Notes under the pieces: generated by a model
Told to the model about the DNA's origin: nothing
What the model saw: the letters and a program-made list of their open reading frames with translations, nothing else
Databases searched by the model: none
Source of the DNA: a virus
Lineage: Duplodnaviria > Caudoviricetes
Virus record (IMG/VR): IMGVR_UViG_2061766007_000330
Reading direction: 5' to 3' (one strand)
Length of the DNA stretch: 64,000 bases
Translations under genes and position numbers: made by a program
In this document: piece after piece, positions 9,623 through 21,018 of the stretch
Numbering within the stretch: the first letter of the stretch is position 1
How the letters are laid out: every line of letters begins with the position of its first letter

Positions 9623-11251
9623 TTACTCCTCGTGTGTGTTTTCTTCGGTCAGAGGAATACCAAGATCCAAGAAATTCATCTTCGGATGCGGCGTTGGCTC
9701 TGGTGTTTCCGGTTCTTCTATAGTATCACCGAGTATGGAGTCTTTTTCAATGAGGTACCAGTCCATCAATGAATAGTTCTTTAATTTTGTGACTTGAATG
9801 TCTTCCTCGGGATACTTGCGGTATTTGTCGACGAGGTTGTAATTGTGCCGTTCTGTCACAACCATTTCAGAACTTACATTAAACGGATCGGAGTTGTTTG
9901 GAATACTCAGATTGGATTTTCTGTTGAAACTGACTAGCAGTGATTGGTCGTATGATTCTTGTACAGATGAGAACAACTCACCAGTCAAATCGTTTCTAAG
10001 AATTCCACGAGCCGCATTGCTAAATATCAGTCGGTTCGGAGACAACTGTTTAAATGATTTGTGGTTTAAATAGCGTAACGTTGGATTTGGCTGATCAATG
10101 TAAATGATAAATGGCTTTAAACGCAATTGATATGGAGTCTTCCAATTGACATCGTCTTCGTAGTCAAACAAATACGACAACCAAGTTGACAGCGATATTC
10201 TGAACATATCTACATTTGGTTCCGTCACGCAGATTCCAAGTGCTCTCGCCAAAGCGCCAACCATATATTCCAGCATCTGAATCGGAATGGTTATCCTGAC
10301 AAGAGTTTCATTCGACGTGTCGTTGTAATAGCGAACTGTTGAACAGTAATCAGGCCAGAAAATGATGCCGTTGATGCAAGGATACATTAATCCACGAAGC
10401 TGTCCTTTCAGTCGGAAGTCAATCACAATGTTTGTCTGTGTATAGACTCTGAAGAAATTGTAAATTGTGGAGTAGAATGTTTTGTTGCGTCTGTTTGGAT
10501 TGTTTATGAAAACAGTGTTGCCACCAGATATTTCGATAGTGTCTTTTGGAAATTCCAGTAACTCAAATCCAGTTCCCATTTTGGAGAAATCCAAAAACAT
10601 CAGATCGTCTGACGGACTGTCTGCTCGTGTTGCAATGCTGTTGGCGCCGTAAGCTGTAATAGACGTTTCGTCGGTCTTTGGATAACAAGCAAATCCGTTG
10701 ACGATTGGGATCTGTCCAGTAACCAGCGTGACATTCTTCGGTTTTGTATAGACCTTGTCTGGAAGCATTGACTTGAAGAAATAGTTCTCACGGGCAGGTC
10801 GCAAATGATCTGTTATCTTAACTGTCCACCCGTCAACAAATGGCAAATACCCTCTTAATGCGTCCGTACTGTTTGTTCTATACCGTTGAAGCACTGTTCG
10901 GTTATTTCCGACGTACCATGTATCAGGGAATTTGACGGTGGATCTCAAGCGATCAGGGCTGCTACAGGTAATGCAACAAGTATCGAGTTCTTCTATGTGT
11001 GTAGACAACCACGTATAAAGGTCGTTCCATGTTAGCGATTTTGTTATCTCTGGACATTTTTCCAAAGCAGCAATTTTCTTAAAATCGAAGCATTTGATGT
11101 CGGTTCTGTAGTCCATACATAGACAAATCAAGTCGTTTTGCTTGGACGACAGAAACAACGCTTCGTACGGAGTCACTGAGTGACAGTCGTATCCGACAGC
11201 ATTGTCGTACGACATACAGAATACCGCAAGATGATTCATTGGTGTAAACAT
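9623..11251 (-). CDS. Putative virion structural (baseplate-region) protein
   Basis: 542-aa ORF in the structural operon; repeated P-x-[VI]-[ND]G motifs; no Walker A, so not a terminase. Confidence 0.45.
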   Translation of the reverse strand: MFTPMNHLAVFCMSYDNAVGYDCHSVTPYEALFLSSKQNDLICLCMDYRTDIKCFDFKKIAALEKCPEITKSLTWNDLYTWLSTHIEELDTCCITCSSPDRLRSTVKFPDTWYVGNNRTVLQRYRTNSTDALRGYLPFVDGWTVKITDHLRPARENYFFKSMLPDKVYTKPKNVTLVTGQIPIVNGFACYPKTDETSITAYGANSIATRADSPSDDLMFLDFSKMGTGFELLEFPKDTIEISGGNTVFINNPNRRNKTFYSTIYNFFRVYTQTNIVIDFRLKGQLRGLMYPCINGIIFWPDYCSTVRYYNDTSNETLVRITIPIQMLEYMVGALARALGICVTEPNVDMFRISLSTWLSYLFDYEDDVNWKTPYQLRLKPFIIYIDQPNPTLRYLNHKSFKQLSPNRLIFSNAARGILRNDLTGELFSSVQESYDQSLLVSFNRKSNLSIPNNSDPFNVSSEMVVTERHNYNLVDKYRKYPEEDIQVTKLKNYSLMDWYLIEKDSILGDTIEEPETPEPTPHPKMNFLDLGIPLTEENTHEE

Positions 11252-11264
11252 ACCTTATAAATTA

Positions 11265-11294
11265 GGAGAGTGGGATGCGACTGTCCCACTCTCC
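11265..11294. terminator. Intergenic hairpin
   Basis: GGAGAGTGGGA...TCCCACTCTCC. Confidence 0.7.
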
Positions 11295-11301
11295 GAGACA
11301 A

Positions 11302-13416
11302 CTAGACTTGACTAAATGAAGCACAGTTTTTTGTGTCCATTTCAGTTAATTCGGATTTCGTATGAACCGTTACGGGATTTCCATACAGTGTTTCGTATGA
11401 TTCCGTTGCAGTACCTTCATTGGCAACACGGTAGAACTCAATAACCCACGTGCTTTCAATGTTTGAAGGATCCACCGTCAACGTCAATGGTTTGTAATAC
11501 AATTCGACAGGTATGTACTCGTATGCCGTTCCGTCATTTTCGACAGTGGCAACTGGTTCATACTGTCCATTCTTCCATCCCATTACACGGAAATGTGTAG
11601 GTTTCGGTGGATTGGCTTCAGAAATCAGCATTGGAGGATTCGAGTCGTAGTAATACGTTGTGAGGAATATCTGTATCCGTTTGTATGTCAGATAATCTGA
11701 TTCGTTGTCAAAGTCTGTGATGCTAGTGTCACCGACAAAAGCGCCATTGTTGTAGACTGGTATTTTGTATTCTGTGACACCCTCGACTACATCTGCAAAG
11801 ATAAATGGACGATGGTGATAGCCGTCGTTTTGTCCGTAGACGTAGTTGTTCTTGGATACAGCGTCACGAATGGTGAACAACATGTCGGGTCTTGATGCTG
11901 GGTTTTTCAGTTTTATGTAACCCAACTGCTGAATCTCAACAACACCATTGCTTGTGTCGTCTATCTTGATGATGAATTTCTGTTCGGTATCATTAGGCAA
12001 CATTGTGTTGAAACTGACACCAACGTTTTCAGCATCTTCAATTGAGACATCATCGGAAGCAAATGTCATTACACCGGTTCGGTCAAACCGATAGCCCAGA
12101 ACTTTAAACAGCCATTTTGACTCAGACCAAATAGGAATCAACGATACTTTGTTGACAACATCATCAACTGTATTCGTCACATAGATGTATTTCATACAGC
12201 TGATGTAACGGCTGCTTCCGATTTTAACGTCTTTTGTCGATTCGTAGAAGTCTTGGACTGCTTGTTCACCTTCAGATGAGTTTTCTCCCAGCGCTTCTGT
12301 GATCTGGTTGTATGCATCCGTTACAGAAACATTTTCTCTCAGATAAACAGGTTGTGCAAACGGCAGATAATACTTGAACAGAATTGGAATGTGAATGTTC
12401 GGTATTTCAGAGCTTACCTCCTCTAAACCATAAACAAATCCAGAGTCTCCGTCCAGTGGAACTTCTGTCTGCGACCCGTCTGAATACGTAATGATTCCTG
12501 TAAACTGAAGTTGATACGGATCTTGTCCTCTTCGAAGGATGATGACATTACCTTCCATCTGGTTGCAGACGACATCAAAGTCGATCACAGTCGGACGGGA
12601 TTTGATGTCCAGATCTTCGTTTGGATCTACAGATGGTATTTCACTCTCACATGCTACAAGAGTCAGTTCAGCAATAATGATATTTGTTTTGTCAAATATC
12701 TTTAGCAAATACAGGTCACCTGTTTTTAATGGTGCATCGTGAATGTAAGTGATGCACGATGGCACACATTTTTTCGCATAAGGCTCTGTTGTATCGAATC
12801 CATCTTCTCCAACTGACATTTGGTATAGTGGAGCGAGAGGAATAACATGATCAGATTCTGGCACATACTGATTGTATTCTGGATACGAGCCAGCCCAGTG
12901 AGGATCCAACGGAATCGGACCGTGCTGTCCAGGCCAGTCTTCCCAGTCGCCTAAATACCGTGTAATTGGAACATCTTCAATCGTCCAAATCTGATAGGAA
13001 TAAGCATCTTCTCCGAAAATCGTAATACGTTCATCGGGAGACACAACATAGATTTCCTCAAGATGCCCGTTTTCGTTTTTTATGGTTTCTTTCTTGAAAT
13101 AGAGCATGAATAAATCGTTGGTGTAACCGCTGATTTTTCTGCTTTTTATTTTCTCGTCAAGAAACACAGTCGGTGTCAGTGTCGACGCATATGTCGTAGG
13201 ATCAACAGCAATCACCGTGTACAAACGGTTATGATTGCCTTTGATGTCATCAATGACCTGTGACCCAACAGCGGGAATGATTGTCCCCTTGCCATTGTTT
13301 GTCACAGGATCGTAGATTCGCGACAGAGGATAGAGTCCCAAGTCGCGTTTTCTGAACACCGTGACATGGTTGTCCGTCGTCTGTGTATTTCTTGTTTGCT
13401 GATAAATACTGCTCAT
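11302..13416 (-). CDS. Virion structural protein, phiKZ gp26-like (baseplate)
   Basis: Third gene of the operon divergent from the sheath; IPAVGSQVID, G-x-ITYSDGS and P-x-PTHF motifs typical of this family. Confidence 0.6.
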   Translation of the reverse strand: MSSIYQQTRNTQTTDNHVTVFRKRDLGLYPLSRIYDPVTNNGKGTIIPAVGSQVIDDIKGNHNRLYTVIAVDPTTYASTLTPTVFLDEKIKSRKISGYTNDLFMLYFKKETIKNENGHLEEIYVVSPDERITIFGEDAYSYQIWTIEDVPITRYLGDWEDWPGQHGPIPLDPHWAGSYPEYNQYVPESDHVIPLAPLYQMSVGEDGFDTTEPYAKKCVPSCITYIHDAPLKTGDLYLLKIFDKTNIIIAELTLVACESEIPSVDPNEDLDIKSRPTVIDFDVVCNQMEGNVIILRRGQDPYQLQFTGIITYSDGSQTEVPLDGDSGFVYGLEEVSSEIPNIHIPILFKYYLPFAQPVYLRENVSVTDAYNQITEALGENSSEGEQAVQDFYESTKDVKIGSSRYISCMKYIYVTNTVDDVVNKVSLIPIWSESKWLFKVLGYRFDRTGVMTFASDDVSIEDAENVGVSFNTMLPNDTEQKFIIKIDDTSNGVVEIQQLGYIKLKNPASRPDMLFTIRDAVSKNNYVYGQNDGYHHRPFIFADVVEGVTEYKIPVYNNGAFVGDTSITDFDNESDYLTYKRIQIFLTTYYYDSNPPMLISEANPPKPTHFRVMGWKNGQYEPVATVENDGTAYEYIPVELYYKPLTLTVDPSNIESTWVIEFYRVANEGTATESYETLYGNPVTVHTKSELTEMDTKNCASFSQV

Positions 13417-16148
13417 GTGGGTAATTCTCCATCTCGTATGTCATCATCATCAATCAGGAGCGTGTAGATTCGTTCCAGTTTTTGCATGGTTGACGTATCC
13501 ATGACGTTATAGATACGATAGCTAATCAGAACGTCTACAAAGTTCCTATCAACGTTTGACCGGAAGACAGGATCCCAAGCTCGATAAGTTGTAATATAAG
13601 GCTTTACTGCGTCAAGCAGTTCTTCATCCGTGAACACATTGGAGAGGTTCAATGTTCCATTCACAACATCCGAAACGATTAATTGCATTACGACAGAATA
13701 AATGCAATGAGACGCTTCGATAAGAGACAGTTTCTCCTCCGATTCAGGATTGTCAAATGTCGATACGATGTATGAAATTCTCGCATCATCTATTTGCTTG
13801 TTGGTTTCAAACGGAGCCATTACGACATCCAGTTCTTTAGGAGCCAATGCTCTTAGACGATAGGGAGCGCCATTTTTGACACCGTTTAACTCCATGATTT
13901 TCGTGTAACTTTCAATGGGAACAGAGTCACATGGAGCACCATCGGCGATTAACCCGCCAAGATGTGTAAATGCGTTCAAAACACACAAATGAACGTTTAT
14001 CTCGTTTTCAATCATAAACCCTCTGACGTCACCAATCTGTGTTTCGTTGTACAAAAGCACATCGAGTTGATTCGTGTCGTTTAAGTAACTCACATTTGTT
14101 ATAACCAAAGATGTTCCAATAAACCATCCGTCATCTGTGAATTGCTGATGAACGACGTAATCCAGATTAGGAATCAGTTCTTTGTGGTTTAAGAACACAA
14201 GAATGTTGTCGTTGTCAAATAAAGGAATGTCTTCGTCTGTCAGAATGGGTGATTGCAATGGAGCAAACGAGTCTTCTTGTAAGTCCAATGTAAATGACTT
14301 TCTGAAATAATGTCCCTTTGTAATGGCAACAACTGTACTGCCAATCATGTTTGTGTTAAATTCGTAGACGTATTGTCCGTTACTGTTTTTTGACTCAAGG
14401 ACGTTGAGACCCATTGTCAATTTGCGGTAACAATTGGTGCCTCTCGGAAGATTGCCAACAGACAACTTGGTCTTTGTTGCACTGCATGAATGAGACTCAA
14501 CGGTTTCTATTGCATAGAACTCACACGGTTCGTTGAATACGATCTCACCATATTCAGGTATGATCTGATCACGAAAAAGCACGTGTCTTGGCGTTCCATC
14601 AAAGAGTTCTGTATCGACAATTTCAGCTTGGAATGTGTCGTTGTTGTATGGATCGTTGTACCACTCTTCTGTTTCTTCAGCATGATCTCTTGGATCGGGA
14701 TAGCTGATGCCAGGCAAATCAACTGTTTCTGAATCACTGGGTTTCAACGTCCAACGTGTCAGTTTCTCATAGACACCAGGATTCAAAGCAATCGTTAAAT
14801 ACATTCCATTGCGTCTGACAGTGTAATCAGTTTCGTCAATGAGATATTTGTTTATCCACACCAACGGTTTTAACCGGTTATTGGTTGCCAGAACAACAGG
14901 GACTGGAATATCCCACGGCTTGTCAACTCTCCATGTGGTCATATCCGCCGAATGATACCGATGACAAATCAGATCGATGGTGTGATAATATCCATAGAGA
15001 TTCACAAGATTTTTTAGTGTTGACATGTTGTTCACATTACGTGAAATCAACGCCTGTTGTGACTTAGACAACGTCTGACCAGACCACGGCATATCGTAGT
15101 TTCCAGTGCTCGCTATTTGAGAGGCAATTTCGTCGTCAGACAACATGTACAGATAGTTGGTATACTCAGCGTTTCTCATCAACGGGTCTTGGTTTGAGAA
15201 ACGTATTTGAACCATGACCATCCAGTCGTCATAAAAATCCTTTGGAACATTCGGACGATTTAAGGCACTTTCGCTAATGGCGAAATCGTTGTGCGTCAGT
15301 TGTTTCACATCGTTCATCGTATCCCAGCGGTTAATGACATATCCAGGAAACGATGGATTGATTGCATACAAGTCACAATGGTCGTGAAGAATCATTCGGT
15401 TCTGCGGATTTAGTTCCTTTGGAACATGGAACGTGTAATACAGTTTGTTTGTCACGTTGTCCATGTACGCAGTCCTGAAGTTCTTAAACGGAAAATATGT
15501 CACGGCTTTGATGGACTTATCTGTAACGATTTCGATGTACCGATACAATCCCAATGTTTCCTGAGTCAAATCCAATGGTGCGACACGTCCGTCTAGATAG
15601 ACGGTGGAAACTGTCGGATCCATATTCCTAAGACGATTCCATAAGGAATACGTGTTGGAACTGGTGATCTCACCACAATAAACATTCCACGATGTGATGT
15701 CTTCATGATACATCTGACTCATGAACAGTTCGTTCTTTGCGCCAGGAGTTGACACTGGAACACAAAGCACTAGCGTTCGTTCATCGACTCGTGTAATATA
15801 CACGTCTCCACGATAGACGCTCAGACCGTCCAATGTTCCAAGTCGAATGTCAAAGCGCGATTTGTTCATCACATCCGTCAGCTTTTGCCATTTTCCAATA
15901 TCCAGATGGAATTCAAACGGGTCTGTCCAAGTAATCGGAAGATTGTACACATAACACGCTGTATTCAACGGAAGACGCAGTATCTTCGTCAAAAGTCTGG
16001 CTGTTCCACAATGTACAGTTTTCCCTATATTTGTAAGACGGATGTTCTTGCGGAAATGTTTATCAGGTTCGTGCCAGTAATGATCAAAAGCGTAACGCCT
16101 AAGATAGGCGGTAATGTAAGATAATAGGGTGTCTGTTGTCATGATCAA
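13413..16148 (-). CDS. Virion structural protein, phiKZ gp27-like (baseplate)
   Basis: About 900 aa; W-x-EP at the N-terminus, QLTHNDFAI, VFLNHKELIPNLDY; synteny with the sheath. Confidence 0.65.
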   Translation of the reverse strand: MIMTTDTLLSYITAYLRRYAFDHYWHEPDKHFRKNIRLTNIGKTVHCGTARLLTKILRLPLNTACYVYNLPITWTDPFEFHLDIGKWQKLTDVMNKSRFDIRLGTLDGLSVYRGDVYITRVDERTLVLCVPVSTPGAKNELFMSQMYHEDITSWNVYCGEITSSNTYSLWNRLRNMDPTVSTVYLDGRVAPLDLTQETLGLYRYIEIVTDKSIKAVTYFPFKNFRTAYMDNVTNKLYYTFHVPKELNPQNRMILHDHCDLYAINPSFPGYVINRWDTMNDVKQLTHNDFAISESALNRPNVPKDFYDDWMVMVQIRFSNQDPLMRNAEYTNYLYMLSDDEIASQIASTGNYDMPWSGQTLSKSQQALISRNVNNMSTLKNLVNLYGYYHTIDLICHRYHSADMTTWRVDKPWDIPVPVVLATNNRLKPLVWINKYLIDETDYTVRRNGMYLTIALNPGVYEKLTRWTLKPSDSETVDLPGISYPDPRDHAEETEEWYNDPYNNDTFQAEIVDTELFDGTPRHVLFRDQIIPEYGEIVFNEPCEFYAIETVESHSCSATKTKLSVGNLPRGTNCYRKLTMGLNVLESKNSNGQYVYEFNTNMIGSTVVAITKGHYFRKSFTLDLQEDSFAPLQSPILTDEDIPLFDNDNILVFLNHKELIPNLDYVVHQQFTDDGWFIGTSLVITNVSYLNDTNQLDVLLYNETQIGDVRGFMIENEINVHLCVLNAFTHLGGLIADGAPCDSVPIESYTKIMELNGVKNGAPYRLRALAPKELDVVMAPFETNKQIDDARISYIVSTFDNPESEEKLSLIEASHCIYSVVMQLIVSDVVNGTLNLSNVFTDEELLDAVKPYITTYRAWDPVFRSNVDRNFVDVLISYRIYNVMDTSTMQKLERIYTLLIDDDDIRDGELPT

Positions 16149-17182
16149 ACAGGAAGTTTATTAAGTAAGACTTGTTGATTTGCAACTTCATCGGCAAAAT
16201 TGTTTAAACGTGATTTCATATTACCGAGCTTAACGATATTGTTCAACAGCGGGTTCTTGTGACCGCTGCAGAGTCGAAGCATCTGCCAGAGCCAGTATGG
16301 AGGATAATCCAATCCAATGGTCATTTCAGCAGAGTCAATCGTGGACGCCGACATGATTCTGTACAGTCTTCGAGCATCGAAGTCCTTCATTCTGGACGGC
16401 CCGTGTTTCTGAATGCACGTACAAGCGATGGTTGGTGTCATCATGGAATCGCCGTTATTCGGACGACAATCTCTGACCATTTCCAGTCGACCAACAATGT
16501 CAGCAGCCGAACCAAGGAATGAGCATCGCAGAATCAGAGGAGGAATGTCCAGTTTACCATTATCGTCACCAAGACATTGTGCATAGTACGTGGCGAACAT
16601 TGTCTGGACAAAGATTTTCTCTTCCATTGTCAGATTGTAAAGCTGACCAAATGTGTCTGCGATGGACTTTGAATAGAATTCAATCATAAATGTCGAGTAC
16701 TGAGGATGTAACCACATGCCTGGCATGTCATATCCTGTGCAGCATGCGGCACGAACCAGAAGCTCGGCGACTGCCGTTTGGTCGGTGATCATCAGACCAT
16801 TGTATGTACTACTACCTTTACCCAAATATGGCGTTAGGTTAACCCAACACTTTTGAAGAAGTGCCGGAATCGGTGTTGAGGACACAGAGCGACCATTGAT
16901 CGTGACACCATCGATAGTCAGGATAGACGGTGTATCGGTAGCGGTTCTAAAATCAAAGTAAACCGCAATTGATTTGTACTTTTCGCTCGACATTAAAGCT
17001 TGTTGTATCTTCACGATGGGTGAAGATGCATAAATCTTAACGCCTGCAAGATCTTCAGTTTTCTGTTGATCTAGGATAACGGTCGGGGCGTACTTGATGA
17101 GATATTGCGATGCCTGTGGCAACGCTGTCTGAAGACCATGGACTGTGGCATATAACGTGTCCAGTAAAGTTGGTTTAATCAT
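16145..17182 (-). CDS. Virion structural protein, phiKZ gp28-like
   Basis: First gene divergent from the tail sheath; IGLDYPPYW motif; GGAG RBS. Confidence 0.6.
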   Translation of the reverse strand: MIKPTLLDTLYATVHGLQTALPQASQYLIKYAPTVILDQQKTEDLAGVKIYASSPIVKIQQALMSSEKYKSIAVYFDFRTATDTPSILTIDGVTINGRSVSSTPIPALLQKCWVNLTPYLGKGSSTYNGLMITDQTAVAELLVRAACCTGYDMPGMWLHPQYSTFMIEFYSKSIADTFGQLYNLTMEEKIFVQTMFATYYAQCLGDDNGKLDIPPLILRCSFLGSAADIVGRLEMVRDCRPNNGDSMMTPTIACTCIQKHGPSRMKDFDARRLYRIMSASTIDSAEMTIGLDYPPYWLWQMLRLCSGHKNPLLNNIVKLGNMKSRLNNFADEVANQQVLLNKLPV

Positions 17183-17272
17183 TGAAAACGCTCCAAATTG
17201 TTAATATAATGGACTTTTAAGTGGTTCATAAAATTGCCCAATTTGTATCCAAATGCTGGAGGAAAAACACAT

Positions 17273-19921
17273 ATGTCTAATTCGACACCCCTGTCGTTTC
17301 CGCATTATGAGATAAACGTCAAAGACAACTCTATCTATAATGCGCAGAAAACGGAGATTCTCCCCGTTTGGCGTCCTCTTGTTGTGCTGCGTACCAAGAA
17401 GGGTGTTCCCAACACCCCAACATGGTGTGCAAGCATTAAAGAGTTCAACCGCCTGTTCGGTGCCGAGTCTCTGAATGTCTATTCTGAATACTTTACCCGT
17501 GAATCGTTTGCATTGACCAAGTCTCTGCCGGAAACGGGTGCGTTCATCGTTCGTGCTCTTCCTGAAGATGCAACGTATGGTAACATCGTGCTTGAAGCCG
17601 TTGTGACGCCTGCGGATATTCCTCAGTATGAGCGTGACGCTGAAACTGGTAACTATGTCTACTTCCGTGACAACAACTACAACTACGCCCGTAAGCCGAT
17701 GATGCCTTACGAGGACATTGCTGATTTGTTTGACGGAGCAAGCGATGTCAACACCACGACGGGTGTTGTTAATGCTTTCACAGGTGACTTCGAGAACCTT
17801 GGACTTTCCATCGACTCTTACACCAAAGAACCCATTGACTACAACATTTACGATGGTGACAACTTCTATTTCGAAGGTCTCAAGACGGTCGATCCGAACA
17901 CGGGTCTTGAAGTCTATATCACTCTGTTCAAGCCTGCTGGTGCTACCAACTGGATGTATGTTGAACAGGTGAAGGAAGCTGGTCTTCTGATTACCTATCG
18001 TCGTCGTATTGCGAATCCTGGCGAAGACCTCACCAAGCTGAATATCATCAAGCCGAGTGGTCAGGCAACGTCATGGATTTTCCCGATTCTGTCGGCGACG
18101 GCTCTGTATCCTGGTCAGTATGGCAACGAACTCGCGTTCTGCTTGAGCTATCCTGCGAACGATATTCGTAACAGCGCTAGCAACATCGAGTACTTCGAAT
18201 CCGCGTTCTACAACATTTCGTTTGTTGAGCACGATTCGACGACGGATTCGCTTGACTATGTTTACAACAAGCAGGGTCGTACGGGCAATCTGTTCTCCGC
18301 TAATCCATACGCTATCGACAAGAACCTTGCCAAGCGCCTGAATGGTGTGACGGTTGGTCAGATGACGCTCGGATTTGAGAACACCCTGAACGCCGCATAC
18401 GATTCCGACGAGAACGTTCTTCCCATGGATGTGACGTTCTATCATGAGTCTGTTTGTGCTCTCGGTAACCTCATTGCCTCGTTTGAATACGACAGCGAAA
18501 ACGCCGATGCCAACGACTATGCTTCGATGGTTCTTGGTTTCCAGTATGATGACGACTTCAATCCTGCTGACATCAAGGCAGCGTTTGAATCCGCGTCGCT
18601 TGCAGATCTCCTTGCGTCGAAGTTCGGTTACAAGATCAATGTTCTGTCTTGCGAGAATCCTCTCCAGCAGAAATATGCGCACACGGCGATTCTGACGGCG
18701 GATACAACGTCTTCGACTCCTGGCCTTGTCAATGTCAATCTGTTTGGTACGTCTGAAGGTCGTTGGCAGCTGTCCGATGGCACTCAGTTTGTTGATGTTG
18801 CCGATCCCAAGGGTGGCGTTCTGAACGTCGGTGACCTTTTCATCGAACCCGTTACGCCAGTGGCTGATTACTGGGTGTTCCTTGTTAACGGTCACGATTC
18901 TCTCAATGGCATCGCAACGCCTCAGGGCAAAGACATGCGTGTTAACGCGGAAGGCTGGGACTATGTCATTCAGCAGACGTGGAACGACCTGCTTGGCGCT
19001 CGCCTTAAGGGGTTGACCAACACGGTCTATGACAAGTTCCGCTATCCGTTCACTCATATCTACGACTTCGGCTACAGCATCAATACGAAGTTGAACATGG
19101 TTGATTTCATCAACAACGTTCGTGACGATGTTGGTGTGTCACTGTCGACTCAGGAATTCCTGAACGAAAAGGCGTCGCAGAAGCGTGATCTTGTTGCCAA
19201 CGCACAGGAAATGGATGAAGCCAACGGCGAAATGATGCGTGCCTATGCGCTGCTCTTCAAGGAGAGCATTCTGTATGGTACGGACGCTTGCCGTGTGACG
19301 ATTTTCCCGCATGTCGCTTACCCGATTGAGGCTGGATTCCGTCACTACATGCCTGTGACTTATTGGGATTTCGTAACACATGCGAAGCTTGGTCGTATGT
19401 CCTATATGGACGCGCTGACTCCGTTTGGTACGGATCATACGAACATGGACGACTTCTTCGAGACGAAGTCCTTTAACTGGACGAACTACATGTATGGCGA
19501 TCGTCAGCGTGTTTGGGAAGCCGGCTTGAACTATGTGATGTACGGCTCACAGAAGTCCGTATTTATTCCTGGTCTTCGTACCGTGTATCAGGCTGAAACG
19601 TCTGTTCTTATCGGACAGTACCTCGTTGACGCCGTTATCTACACGAAGCACGAGATTCGCAAGGTCTGGGCACACTGGACTGGTACGGACATGCCTGCAG
19701 CGTCGGTTGACGATAACGTCAAGAACGAACTCGAAACCCGCCTGCGTGGTCTCTACAACGGCAAGTACGTTGTCAGCGTTGATGTCTATCGTACCGAAGA
19801 AGACACCAAGCTTGGCTATGTCAATCACGTTCGCGTGAACCTGACGGCTCCTGGTATGTGGCGTGTGATGCTTTGCGATGTCGAGTGCAATCGCGAAGGC
19901 TTTACTCCAGAAGAAAACTAA
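17273..19921 (+). CDS. Contractile tail sheath protein, phiKZ gp29-like
   Basis: ATG 17273 after GGAGG; INVKDNS, LFGAES, YPFTHIYDFGYS..TK, ESILYGT.ACR, PGLRTVY..ETSVL motifs; strong codon bias of an abundant protein. Confidence 0.9.
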   Translation: MSNSTPLSFPHYEINVKDNSIYNAQKTEILPVWRPLVVLRTKKGVPNTPTWCASIKEFNRLFGAESLNVYSEYFTRESFALTKSLPETGAFIVRALPEDATYGNIVLEAVVTPADIPQYERDAETGNYVYFRDNNYNYARKPMMPYEDIADLFDGASDVNTTTGVVNAFTGDFENLGLSIDSYTKEPIDYNIYDGDNFYFEGLKTVDPNTGLEVYITLFKPAGATNWMYVEQVKEAGLLITYRRRIANPGEDLTKLNIIKPSGQATSWIFPILSATALYPGQYGNELAFCLSYPANDIRNSASNIEYFESAFYNISFVEHDSTTDSLDYVYNKQGRTGNLFSANPYAIDKNLAKRLNGVTVGQMTLGFENTLNAAYDSDENVLPMDVTFYHESVCALGNLIASFEYDSENADANDYASMVLGFQYDDDFNPADIKAAFESASLADLLASKFGYKINVLSCENPLQQKYAHTAILTADTTSSTPGLVNVNLFGTSEGRWQLSDGTQFVDVADPKGGVLNVGDLFIEPVTPVADYWVFLVNGHDSLNGIATPQGKDMRVNAEGWDYVIQQTWNDLLGARLKGLTNTVYDKFRYPFTHIYDFGYSINTKLNMVDFINNVRDDVGVSLSTQEFLNEKASQKRDLVANAQEMDEANGEMMRAYALLFKESILYGTDACRVTIFPHVAYPIEAGFRHYMPVTYWDFVTHAKLGRMSYMDALTPFGTDHTNMDDFFETKSFNWTNYMYGDRQRVWEAGLNYVMYGSQKSVFIPGLRTVYQAETSVLIGQYLVDAVIYTKHEIRKVWAHWTGTDMPAASVDDNVKNELETRLRGLYNGKYVVSVDVYRTEEDTKLGYVNHVRVNLTAPGMWRVMLCDVECNREGFTPEEN

Positions 19922-19934
19922 GGAGGGCTAACTA

Positions 19935-20957
19935 ATGGCTGATAATTTTCTTAACAACTTTTTCAAAGTCACTAACGACGATAAAATCGCGCAATTAAAT
20001 CTTGGCATCACCCAGAAAGGTGTTATTCCAGTAGTTCATGACGACAAATTCAATCCGAACTTCCAGCTTGGCGTTGGTGTTAACGCTCCTGTTCTGGATG
20101 TCAGCACTCCTTTGGTTCTTCCGCCGACTGTCTGTGTGATTCTCACGATTCCTCAGATGTATATGAACGGAAGCGAGCCAACCGAGTTCGGTATTTTCCT
20201 GAAGGAACTCATGGAGTCCCATGCGAAATCTGTGTCGGGTCTTGATTTCAATTACTCACTGGATAGCGCAGGTGAAACTCCTGTTGGTCACGACAGCCAG
20301 AACATGTCCGTTCCTGGTAAGACGAAGCGCTCGTCTGCTCAGCCGAGCTTTACGTTCCAGGAACTCCAGGGCAATCTGATTCACAATGCGTTCTTGAAGT
20401 GGATCACGGACATCAGTCCCGCAGACCACTATGCGTCCATGGCTTCTGTTAACTTCCCTGGTGCCTGGTGTATGTCCGCATACTCCATGTCCATGGTCGC
20501 GATTCAGTTTGACCCGACGATGCTTCCGGATCGTATCGTGGATGCTGCGTTCTATTCGAACATGTGGCCCCAGGGCACTGGTGGTGATGTTGGTTTTGAG
20601 CGCCAGATTGGTTCGATGAGGTTCCCCGAGCGTTCCATTACGTTCAGCTCGATCGTTCATCACAATCCGTATACGAAGCTTCTGGGCATGGAAATTGCTC
20701 GTCAGCTGAAGCTCCATACGGTCGACTATAACGTCGCTCCTCCGTTTACTTCCGGTGTGCATACTGGGTTTGGTGATAAGGGTATTATGGCCGAAAGTAA
20801 TCTCCGCTCCTTTATGGGTAGTGGAAATTGGCGCGAACTTGCTACTAAAGCATGTGGTGACGAGGAGACCGTGGGTCTTGCAGAAGGTCCTGCGGGTAAT
20901 ATGGCAAGTAAATACGCCGAACAAGTCGAAAAGAATACAGCCGAGTCTAAGTTTTAA
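19935..20957 (+). CDS. Tail tube protein, phiKZ gp30-like
   Basis: Directly follows the sheath with AAGGAGG RBS; LKELMESHAKSVSGL, PVGHD, QFDPT...VDA...NMWP motifs. Confidence 0.85.
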   Translation: MADNFLNNFFKVTNDDKIAQLNLGITQKGVIPVVHDDKFNPNFQLGVGVNAPVLDVSTPLVLPPTVCVILTIPQMYMNGSEPTEFGIFLKELMESHAKSVSGLDFNYSLDSAGETPVGHDSQNMSVPGKTKRSSAQPSFTFQELQGNLIHNAFLKWITDISPADHYASMASVNFPGAWCMSAYSMSMVAIQFDPTMLPDRIVDAAFYSNMWPQGTGGDVGFERQIGSMRFPERSITFSSIVHHNPYTKLLGMEIARQLKLHTVDYNVAPPFTSGVHTGFGDKGIMAESNLRSFMGSGNWRELATKACGDEETVGLAEGPAGNMASKYAEQVEKNTAESKF

Positions 20958-20976
20958 CGATAATTGAAATATCAAT

Positions 20977-21006
20977 AGAGGGGGAGGACATCAGTCCTCC
21001 CCCTCT
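20977..21006. terminator. Perfect hairpin between convergent genes
   Basis: AGAGGGGGAGGAC-atca-GTCCTCCCCCTCT. Confidence 0.8.
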
Positions 21007-21018
21007 GTATACGTTATG

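Noticed and set aside
9623-11251. Terminase large subunit expected by position
   Set aside because: No Walker A/B or nuclease motifs.
18071-20975. Long antisense ORFs (328 aa, 239 aa) inside the sheath and tube genes
   Set aside because: Expected from strong codon bias on the sense strand; no RBS or motifs.
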